In this document: piece by piece, positions 8,539-15,353 of the stretch
Layout: every line of letters begins with the position of its first letter
How positions within the stretch are numbered: position 1 is the stretch's first letter
Assembly (NCBI GenBank): GCA_043816965.1
Contig: JBDRHK010000105.1
Span: forward strand, 1 to 15,353
Reading direction: 5' to 3'
Source of the DNA: Candidatus Iainarchaeum sp.
GTDB lineage: Archaea; Iainarchaeota; Iainarchaeia; Iainarchaeales; JAFCCJ01
DNA: 15,353 bases
Notes under the pieces: model-generated
Databases searched by the model: none
What the model saw: the letters and a program-made list of their open reading frames with translations, nothing else
Told to the model about the DNA's origin: nothing
Position numbers and translations under genes: made by a program

Positions 8539-9612
8539 TCAATCAATAAATCCGGTTTGGGTGCAGTTCCAGCATACGACTGTTTTCTTCTTGGAACGCT
8601 TTGCAATTATGTCCCTGGCATCCCTGTATTTGTCATTGTTCCATATTTTCATAAATGAACTTTTGAAGGCATTCCCGAAATCATATCTCTGCGCATAAAC
8701 TCCGCAGCAAGGGCTTACCGAACCATCCCAATTGACAACGCTGACAAGCCAGGGAAAATAGCACTGGCTTTTCTGCACCTTCCTTTCCTTCTTCTCGTAA
8801 TCATATCTGCTGTAATCCTCATTCTTAGGCAGCCATTCACTTGTCTCATCCACTTTCTGCTCATCTTTTTTGAAAATTTCAGTATCCAGTTCACTTCTCA
8901 CTGCGCCGATTGCCAGTTCATCAGCCCCCCATTTCTTTCTCGTTTCCTCCAGTTTAGGGAGCTCATGCTCATTATGTTTCATAACCAAAAACTGCCATTT
9001 GATGAGCGGGGTTTTTGAATTCAGTTTCTTCTTCCACTTATTTACAATTTTTAAATTCGCAACAACCACCTCCAGTTTCCCGCCCTTCCTGTAAATCTCA
9101 TAGGTTTTTTGGGTTATTCCATCAATCGAGCAATACAATTGGTCTAAACCACTCTCAACCAATTTCTTTGCGGTTTCATCTGAAAAAGGGACATTGAGAT
9201 TTGTGTTAATGCTGGTCCAGATTTTCCTTCCATGTGCTTCTGCAATCATGTCATAAGATTCCTTGTTCAAAAACGGCTCTCCCCAGTTGTTGAAATCAAT
9301 CTCATATAAATAAGCCCCGACCTCATCCAATAGTTTTTTGAATGAAACAAGTTTCATCATTCCCCGGTCCCGATCCTTGCTCCCCCTTCCGGTTGGGCAG
9401 AGCGGGCATTTCAGCATGCAGATGTTTGTGGGGTCAAAGCTGATTTTCAATGGGTAGGCACTCACTTTGCCGCTTTTCAGCACCACTCCCTGAAACATAA
9501 GTGAGATTACGTTGAAGAATTTCCTTAAGGAAAAGTATTTTGTGAAAATAAACCTCTTCACGCTTCGCCTTATTTGGAACCGGTAATAGTTCAAAGTTTG
9601 TAGTACAGTCAT
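8539..9612 (-). CDS. Radical SAM protein with C-terminal twitch/SPASM Fe-S domain
   Basis: CMLKCPLC (CxxxCxxC), WGEPFL, NTN, SIDG, then C-x12-G-x4-CC (CYFPWLVSVVNWDGSVSPCC) and a terminal CWNC. Confidence 0.88.
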   Translation of the reverse strand: MTVLQTLNYYRFQIRRSVKRFIFTKYFSLRKFFNVISLMFQGVVLKSGKVSAYPLKISFDPTNICMLKCPLCPTGRGSKDRDRGMMKLVSFKKLLDEVGAYLYEIDFNNWGEPFLNKESYDMIAEAHGRKIWTSINTNLNVPFSDETAKKLVESGLDQLYCSIDGITQKTYEIYRKGGKLEVVVANLKIVNKWKKKLNSKTPLIKWQFLVMKHNEHELPKLEETRKKWGADELAIGAVRSELDTEIFKKDEQKVDETSEWLPKNEDYSRYDYEKKERKVQKSQCYFPWLVSVVNWDGSVSPCCGVYAQRYDFGNAFKSSFMKIWNNDKYRDARDIIAKRSKKKTVVCWNCTQTGFID

Positions 9613-9655
9613 TGAATCCTCAAGTTTAGGTCTAAATTAAACTAACCAACAACAC

Positions 9656-9669
9656 TTTATATATGTTTT
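9656..9669. promoter_or_regulatory. Possible bidirectional TATA element in the divergent intergenic region
   Basis: 9656-9663 reads TTTATATA on + (40 nt before ATG 9696) and TATATAAA on -, preceded by AAAACA. Confidence 0.5.
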
Positions 9670-9695
9670 CAACAAATTAATTCTTTCGGTACAAA

Positions 9696-10841
9696 ATGCG
9701 AATATTCTACCTCACACACACATTTTCCCTTGATGCAGAGCAGGGAGGGGGCGGGGAAATCTACAGCTCTTACCTGCTGAAAGAGTTGCGCAGGCAGGGC
9801 CATGAGATTTTTGTTTTCACTGTTGGGGGAAAGCCATCCAAAAGCGAGAAGCAATTGGGAATTAAAGTTTACAGGGCCCCCTCAATTGGCCACCACGCGC
9901 TGCATAAATTTGAATATATTTTATTCACCTGGAAGGCAATTAAATTAGCGCGCGAATTCGGAGCTGAAATTGTCCACGCGCAGAATGATGTGCTCCCTGG
10001 GTTGATTGCCCACTTTGTAAAATGGAGGCTGAAGATTCCATTTCTCCTTGGAATGGAGTATATTTCCGAAAATGCCCATTCCCTGAACCTGAAACTGGTT
10101 TATTTGCTCAATAAACTCCTGATTCCGGTTCTTAATTATGATTTCGTGGTTTCAATGAGCGAATTCAATGTGAGCAAATATTTGCTGAAATGGAGAGTTC
10201 CTAAAAATAAAATTAAAGTAATTCCCGTGGGAATTGATTTGCGGGAATTCAAACCTACTGCCCCCTCAAAAGAATTAATTGACAAGTATGGCTCCCATTT
10301 AATAATTTCAATAAAGCCCCTGTATTCCACCAATGCAGAGGGAATCAAGTATATAATTCGTGCATTTAAGCAGCTGGTGGAAATCTACCCTGAATACAAA
10401 TATTTGATTCTGGGGGAGGGGGAAAAGAAACCTGAATTAATTGAACTGGTGAATTCCTTGAATTTGCAGAAAAATGTGCACTTTTTGCCCCCAAAACCGC
10501 ATTCAGCCCTCCCTGAAATCTACTCCTCAGCAGAATTCATGGTCCATTCATTTGTTTATGAGGCAACAACAAGCATGGGCCTTATAGACTCCCTTGCTTG
10601 CGGAGTTCCGCTGGTTGTTACTGATTCTGGGGAAGTGAAAAACGCCTCTCAGGGAGCGGCGATTTTGGCAAAACCAAAAGATGAGAGTTCAATTGCCGGG
10701 GCAATGCTGAAACTGATTGAAAGTCCTTCATTGAGAAAGGAATTGGGAACAAACGCCCGCAAAATCGCGGAAGAAAAATTCTCGATTGAAAAGGTCGCGA
10801 ATGATTTTGTTTCCATTTACAAAAATCTCACTGGGAAATAA
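9696..10841 (+). CDS. Glycosyltransferase family 4 (GT-B), non-canonical donor motif
   Basis: GGGEIY, RQGHEIFV, IVHAQ, IKVIPVGID, ILGEGE, ACGVPLVVTDSG, EKFS. The only plus-strand gene; 14-nt tail-to-tail overlap with alg13. Confidence 0.87.
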   Translation: MRIFYLTHTFSLDAEQGGGGEIYSSYLLKELRRQGHEIFVFTVGGKPSKSEKQLGIKVYRAPSIGHHALHKFEYILFTWKAIKLAREFGAEIVHAQNDVLPGLIAHFVKWRLKIPFLLGMEYISENAHSLNLKLVYLLNKLLIPVLNYDFVVSMSEFNVSKYLLKWRVPKNKIKVIPVGIDLREFKPTAPSKELIDKYGSHLIISIKPLYSTNAEGIKYIIRAFKQLVEIYPEYKYLILGEGEKKPELIELVNSLNLQKNVHFLPPKPHSALPEIYSSAEFMVHSFVYEATTSMGLIDSLACGVPLVVTDSGEVKNASQGAAILAKPKDESSIAGAMLKLIESPSLRKELGTNARKIAEEKFSIEKVANDFVSIYKNLTGK

Positions 10842-11298
10842 ATTCCTCAAGCGCATTTATCAACCCGCTTTTTTCGCTGCTGAATTTCGGAGAGAAATTC
10901 TTTGCGTCAATTATTTTCCGCGTCAAATCAGAAATTTTGTAAACCGCGAGCGCCCTCCCGCTTTTCTCCAGCGCTTGTGCAAGGTCCATCTGATGGTCGT
11001 TCTCATGCTCCCTGAACTTTTTAAGGCGGGGAACAATAATCGCCTTCTTTTTGTTAATCAGCACATCCAAAACCGAACCGCTTCCCCCGTGAATAATAAC
11101 CAAATCAGAATTTTTCAGATTTTTTAGATACTCCCTGCGAGGGAGAAATTTGATTTTTTTAAAATTTTTAGGCTCAAAACCGGAATTTCCCAATTCAACC
11201 ACAAATTCATCCTTTATTTTTCCGATCCCTGCAATTTTATCCACTTCCCTCAGCAAACGGTCGAAGCCAGTATGGGTGCCAGTGGTAACAAAAATCAT
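10828..11298 (-). CDS. alg13: Alg13 / PssE / Cps14G-like nucleotide-sugar-binding subunit (GT28 C-terminal domain)
   Basis: MIFVTTGT-FDRL, VIIHGGSGS, IIVPR-EHENDHQMDLA; TAATG overlap with the alg14-like gene. Confidence 0.85.
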   Translation of the reverse strand: MIFVTTGTHTGFDRLLREVDKIAGIGKIKDEFVVELGNSGFEPKNFKKIKFLPRREYLKNLKNSDLVIIHGGSGSVLDVLINKKKAIIVPRLKKFREHENDHQMDLAQALEKSGRALAVYKISDLTRKIIDAKNFSPKFSSEKSGLINALEEFISQ

Positions 11299-11744
11299 TA
11301 TATCACTGCCCCAGCATATTTTGCCTTCCTGTACTTCCTGTCAATCTGCGGCCATTGCACCAAAAAAAGGTCGGCAATCGGATGAAATACCCTCCCTGAA
11401 AAGGAGGGTGTTTTTACCCTGCAGAAACTTTCGATGAAGATAATTTTCTTCCCGAACAGTTTTGCGATGTAGGCAATAGGCACTGCCACCCCTGCCCCGT
11501 TTGAAATTACCACATCCGGCTTCTCCCGCAAAAAAATTCTAAGGGACTGGAAAAAATTGATGATTAATTTGATTGGATTTCTTTTAGGATCGGTTATAAA
11601 ATAAACTAACTCTTCCTTTGCGAGGTTTTTTGAATTAATCCTTTCAAAAGTGAGGAAGAAATGCCTGTGCTTGGAATAAAAATCTTTAAGTTCCAGCAAT
11701 TCAGTCAAATGCCCACCCGCAGAACAGGCTATGCAAATTTTCAT
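11298..11744 (-). CDS. alg14: Alg14 / PssD / Cps14F-like acceptor-binding subunit
   Basis: CSAGGHLTEL, EKPDVVISNGAGVAVP, FIESFCRV-PSFSG, FLVQW. Preceded by GAGGGTGGTTGA. Confidence 0.87.
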   Translation of the reverse strand: MKICIACSAGGHLTELLELKDFYSKHRHFFLTFERINSKNLAKEELVYFITDPKRNPIKLIINFFQSLRIFLREKPDVVISNGAGVAVPIAYIAKLFGKKIIFIESFCRVKTPSFSGRVFHPIADLFLVQWPQIDRKYRKAKYAGAVI

Positions 11745-11754
11745 TCAACCACCC

Positions 11755-12771
11755 TCAGAAGAAAACCCTGAACCAGTACATCAGTAAAACAATTACGCAA
11801 ACCAAGCCCTGCATTGAGAGAAGTATCTCTGTCACCTGTGGTTCTGTAAACCTGCCCCTTCCCATCACCCAGTGTGTTAAAGAACCACCGCGGGGGTCTG
11901 GTTTTAAGGTTCCATCTTTTTGCGGAATTCCGAAGCATTCGCTCTTCAATCCATGCCTTGCCTTTATCACGAGCTCAATGAAAAAGAGCGCAAAGAGAAG
12001 GAGGCTTATTTTCTCAATATTTCCGATTATTGCAATAGTTGCTGCACTTGCCCCAATCATAAGTGTAAGTGAGTCCCCGCCAAAAATTGATGCAGGGAAC
12101 CAGTTGTACCTGAGAAACGCTATCAGCGCACCTAGCATTGCGGCCGAAATAAGTATTACCTCAATCCTACCCACATGGTCCACAGGAAGTGTGAGCATAA
12201 CAATGAGCTGTGTAAGGATAATGAGAATTCCCATCCCTGCCTCCAGGCCATTAAAGCCGGCAAGCATGTTAACCGCATTGCTTGCGCCGGTAATTGCAAT
12301 TGGGACTATTAGCAATGCATAAAGGATTCCAAAATGCACCTCCCCGAGGAACGGGAAGTACATTGATTTCATCGCAATACTTGCCGGAAGCACCATAAGT
12401 GGCAAAGCGGCAAAAATCGGCACCAGCGCATGCTGCCATTGCTCAATCCCCTTTTTCCAGCCGATTAAATCATCCATCAAACCCAGCAACCCAATGAGAA
12501 CAACAGTTGCAAATGCCGCAAGGATTGCGGTCAGGTTAAATGCCTGCATGTCAAAAAAGCCATAAAGCCCAAGGACAAACATTATTGAAAATGAAAACCC
12601 GAATAAAACTGAAATTCCGCCCATCTCGCTTATTTTCGGCTTTGCAAGCTTGTTCAGGTCCACCCCGACCAGGCCCCTTAACCTGATTCGTTGGATTATG
12701 AATGGGGTGATTGCAAAGGTTATTGCAAAAGCCGCCAGAAAAGCCGCCCCAAGATAATAGAATTCGTCCAT
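11755..12771 (-). CDS. aglH: UDP-GlcNAc:polyprenyl(dolichyl)-phosphate GlcNAc-1-P transferase (Alg7/AglH/GPT type)
   Basis: Polytopic membrane protein with GVDLNK-EMGG, GLMDD, NAVNMLAGFNGLEAG (GPT-type AGxNGLE rather than the DGLDG of MraY/WecA) and YNWFPASIFGGD. ATG 12771 chosen; GTG 12780 is an alternative. Confidence 0.85.
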   Translation of the reverse strand: MDEFYYLGAAFLAAFAITFAITPFIIQRIRLRGLVGVDLNKLAKPKISEMGGISVLFGFSFSIMFVLGLYGFFDMQAFNLTAILAAFATVVLIGLLGLMDDLIGWKKGIEQWQHALVPIFAALPLMVLPASIAMKSMYFPFLGEVHFGILYALLIVPIAITGASNAVNMLAGFNGLEAGMGILIILTQLIVMLTLPVDHVGRIEVILISAAMLGALIAFLRYNWFPASIFGGDSLTLMIGASAATIAIIGNIEKISLLLFALFFIELVIKARHGLKSECFGIPQKDGTLKPDPRGGSLTHWVMGRGRFTEPQVTEILLSMQGLVCVIVLLMYWFRVFF

Positions 12772-12838
12772 TCTAACCACTATTTTAGAATAATAGTTCC
12801 CAAACAGATTAATATTAGTATTGGGTCAAAGCTGGAAA

Positions 12839-14800
12839 TTAGGCAACCACTTTCCAGATTTTAACATCCCCCTTGCTGTAGGCCTCCTCAAAGTGCCTTA
12901 TTGAGGGGTCATTGAAGAAGAGCTTTGAAATCATCATGGAATTAACCTTTGGCCCCACTATGTAGAGCCTTGAATTGTCAGTAGCCCTGTAAACAAAGCC
13001 AACATTCCTTGCGTCGAACTGGACATTGTACTGCGACTGCCATTGGGTTGGCCAGGCAATGAAATCTTTCTCAGGGAAGCTGTTTGGCCCGCAAATATAG
13101 GTAATTTCCGAAGTGAGCTGGTTGAGGCTCCTGCCGCAATCGAAGTAAATTGTGGGCGAACCCGCAGAATCCAGATTTGCCTGGATTCGGGGATCACTGC
13201 CGTCAGTCGTGTCAAATGCATAGAGGTTTAATGAGCCGGTTTTTGTTAAAAGGTCAGCACTTAAAAGCACATAGTCCGATTTGTAACCGTCCACAATTTT
13301 GTATGCCTCCTCCTCGCTCTTGGAAAGTATGAATCTGGCGGTATTCTGGTCGGCGGCATAATCATTGTTTCTGTTGTCCTCAATAACTCCCCTTTCACCC
13401 ACAAATGTAATCCAGTGGCCCTCGTCCCACCAATTGAAAAACTTGCTTCCTTCAGGGGTGTTTTCCTCCACCCAGTAAAGGGATTCTTTCCATCCTGTGG
13501 GGAATTCAATGTTCGGGGTTTTGTTTGAGACAAAGTAGACCCCTGCCCCGACCGCAACAAGCAGCATAAAGCCCATTGCCAATCCAACGGCCTTTTTCTC
13601 GAAGTCAGTCCTGCCCTTCATTAAGATAAACAGCTCATTGAACACAAATCCCGCACTTGCGGCAATTGGCAATCCAAAAGTGTAGGTGAATTTAAGCTTG
13701 CTAATGGCCATGAAACCAGTTATTACCACCCAAAAGAAAATTATTAGCCCAAAGTGTTCCTTCCTGTCGCGCAGGAGCTTGTATGGAATCAAAAATAATG
13801 CCAGCAATGGAAATATCACAAGCGCATTGTATTTCTCGCCCCAAAACTGAAAGCCGGTGTTTTCCTCACCAACAGTCTGCGCAAGAACTGTTGGGCCCTT
13901 TGTCTGCCCCCTGGCAATATTTTCGGCAGATATGGGCGCATAACTTCCCACATAGTTAACTGCCTTTTGATACCAACAGGCAGGGGAGCCTTCACTGCAT
14001 TGCTCCCATTGGAATGCTGTCGCCATAAGTGCGAAGATAATAAACGCAACCCCGAATAACATGACAAATGAGCGTATCCTGTCAAAATTAAAATTCCTAA
14101 ACCACATAATGCCGAGCGAGGTTACAAGATATGCGGCCATTATCATCGGAACCAATAGGAACATCTCCCAGGTAAAAGCCATAATTCCGAAGAAGAGGCC
14201 TGCAAGAACTGCATTGATTAATGCCGCCCTGTTTACTGTTTCGCTTTTCAGCGCCCTCACAAAGAAGATAAAGCCAATAACCATCCACAGGAATCCAAGG
14301 GAATCCTCCTCAAAGAAACCTGCCATTGTCCTGTAAACAAAACTTGGGACAAGTGCCGCGAAAAAGCCCATTGCAACGCCTGTTTTTGTGTTGTACATTT
14401 CCTTTCCCAAAAAGAACATGGCTGCCGCTATCAGTGCACCAAATACTGCGGGCAGGAATTTAACGAAAATTATCCACAAATCCTTGTCATAGGCTCCGCC
14501 AAAGGTAAATACCTTGTAGATAGCCGCCGTAAAAATCCAGAAGAAACTGCTTTCCTTGGGCAAAAGTGAGCCCCCCATTTGATAGTAAGCAAGGGGATCC
14601 CTATCAGGAATCTCATAATTTTCCACCACATATCCCGCAATCCTTGCATGGAAGTAGGAATCAAAACCAAACATAAGGTCATATTTAATCAAATGGCCCC
14701 TGACAGCAAAAGCCAGTAGGAAAATAAGCAGTACAATTGCCCACTTTTTCCAGTCAACTTTCCCCAAAAATTCGAGCCCGCCCTGTATATTAGTATCCAT
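12839..14800 (-). CDS. aglB: Oligosaccharyltransferase AglB (STT3 family)
   Basis: Multi-TM N-terminal domain with GFDSYFH, YRTMAGFFEED, TVGE and KLKF, then a soluble domain with W-ESL-W, WWDEGHWI and DLLTK. Confidence 0.93.
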   Translation of the reverse strand: MDTNIQGGLEFLGKVDWKKWAIVLLIFLLAFAVRGHLIKYDLMFGFDSYFHARIAGYVVENYEIPDRDPLAYYQMGGSLLPKESSFFWIFTAAIYKVFTFGGAYDKDLWIIFVKFLPAVFGALIAAAMFFLGKEMYNTKTGVAMGFFAALVPSFVYRTMAGFFEEDSLGFLWMVIGFIFFVRALKSETVNRAALINAVLAGLFFGIMAFTWEMFLLVPMIMAAYLVTSLGIMWFRNFNFDRIRSFVMLFGVAFIIFALMATAFQWEQCSEGSPACWYQKAVNYVGSYAPISAENIARGQTKGPTVLAQTVGEENTGFQFWGEKYNALVIFPLLALFLIPYKLLRDRKEHFGLIIFFWVVITGFMAISKLKFTYTFGLPIAASAGFVFNELFILMKGRTDFEKKAVGLAMGFMLLVAVGAGVYFVSNKTPNIEFPTGWKESLYWVEENTPEGSKFFNWWDEGHWITFVGERGVIEDNRNNDYAADQNTARFILSKSEEEAYKIVDGYKSDYVLLSADLLTKTGSLNLYAFDTTDGSDPRIQANLDSAGSPTIYFDCGRSLNQLTSEITYICGPNSFPEKDFIAWPTQWQSQYNVQFDARNVGFVYRATDNSRLYIVGPKVNSMMISKLFFNDPSIRHFEEAYSKGDVKIWKVVA

Positions 14801-14829
14801 TCTAACCCTTAAACTAAAAGATATGGTGC

Positions 14830-14839
14830 ATTTAATAAA
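14830..14839 (-). promoter_or_regulatory. TATA box of aglB
   Basis: TTTATTAAAT beginning 39 nt before ATG 14800. Confidence 0.55.
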
Positions 14840-14894
14840 TATAAGTATGATTTAGTTAGGCTTTCCTAAAACCGTTATATTTTCCCGATTCTTT

Positions 14895-14910
14895 AAAAAT
14901 TTGGAAAAAA
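14895..14910 (-). terminator. Possible archaeal oligo-T terminator after the small basic ORF
   Basis: TTTTTTCCAAATTTTT on the minus strand, 4 nt after the stop at 14915. Confidence 0.35.
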
Positions 14911-14914
14911 TCGA

Positions 14915-15160
14915 TTATTTTCCGCCACGATTCTTTGGTCTTGCACGCTTACGAGTAAAGACTTCCGCTGATTTGATTGGGCCATCAGTACCGACAGGAG
15001 TCATTGAGTGGCTGGTAACCCTACGATTTAAAGGGTTCACTGAACGACGTCCTTCTGGATGTGCATCCTTCAATCTGCCCTTTGTGCCAAGCACAGCCGT
15101 AAATGTCCCTTCTCTTCTATCCCTTCCTTTTCCGCTCGGCAAAAACTTTCTTGAACCCAT
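14915..15160 (-). CDS. Small basic hypothetical protein (81 aa)
   Basis: Has its own TATA (TTTATTAA, 39 nt before the ATG), GGTGGT before the ATG and a T-tract after the stop. 21 Lys/Arg versus 6 Asp/Glu. No family recognised. Confidence 0.6.
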   Translation of the reverse strand: MGSRKFLPSGKGRDRREGTFTAVLGTKGRLKDAHPEGRRSVNPLNRRVTSHSMTPVGTDGPIKSAEVFTRKRARPKNRGGK

Positions 15161-15190
15161 CTGACCACCAAAATAATAAACTCTCTCCTG

Positions 15191-15200
15191 ATTAATAAAG
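15191..15200 (-). promoter_or_regulatory. TATA box of the small basic ORF
   Basis: CTTTATTAAT preceded by purine-rich GGAAAAACAGAA; same 8-mer and spacing as the aglB promoter. Confidence 0.5.
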
Positions 15201-15298
15201 ATTCTGTTTTTCCGTATCTGCTAACGATTTGACCGAAAACTGGAAATATGAGTATTTACATACGTTTTCTCGTGTTTTAAGTGAACTCCCAATCACTA

Positions 15299-15353
15299 TT
15301 AGTCAGAGTTGAGCATCTTGAAATGCTTGTTGTTCGGCTTGAGGCCGAAAACC
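15299..15353 (-). CDS. Possible 3' end of an upstream gene entering from beyond the window (...VFGLKPNNKHFKMLNSD*)
   Basis: Open frame from the edge ends in TAA followed by in-frame TAG and TGA. Only 17 codons are visible. Confidence 0.35.
   Translation of the reverse strand, partial: VFGLKPNNKHFKMLNSD

Noticed and set aside
8538..8606. N-terminal extension of the GT2 ORF
   Set aside because: Lies within the radical SAM 3' end; the GT2 fold begins at ATG 8537.
8539..9612. RiPP maturase
   Set aside because: No adjacent precursor peptide, RRE, peptidase or transporter; it is coupled to a GT2.
11755..12771. MraY or WecA assignment
   Set aside because: AGFNGLE and DLNK motifs are GPT/Alg7-type, and the neighbour is aglB rather than cell-wall genes.
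12799..12825. CCCAA...TTGGG inverted repeat around TAATATTA between aglB and aglH
   Set aside because: The stem is only 5 bp; it cannot be distinguished from chance or a plain promoter.
1108..14682. Other short nested or antisense ORFs in the track
   Set aside because: All lie within or almost wholly overlap well-supported genes and show no motifs or expression signals.
14901..15164. 87-aa plus-strand ORF
   Set aside because: Mirror of the minus-strand 81-aa ORF, which has the TATA, ribosome-binding and terminator signals.

Overview
Dense archaeal glycosylation locus, almost all on the minus strand. In transcription order (right to left): the possible 3' end of an unknown ORF, a small basic ORF, oligosaccharyltransferase AglB/STT3, an Alg7/AglH-type GlcNAc-1-P transferase, split Alg14 and Alg13 subunits, one opposite-strand GT4, a twitch/SPASM radical SAM coupled to a GT2, a SAM methyltransferase, an HpnJ-like B12-domain radical SAM coupled to a membrane GT2, a GumH/AceA-like GT4, an RfbF/RfbG-like CDP-glucose pair, a GT2 and a GT4 cut by the left edge. 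TATA-type promoters, AglB and the GPT motif point to an archaeon; a DPANN lineage is a weak guess. The most interesting points are a contiguous eukaryote-like lipid-linked chitobiose core pathway beside aglB, and two radical SAM-GT2 modules, one resembling the sugar ring-contracting enzyme HpnJ, which suggest radical tailoring of an N-glycan or glycolipid. Family calls come from motif recognition and recalled sequences, not database searches. No rRNA, tRNA, CRISPR or mobile element was seen.
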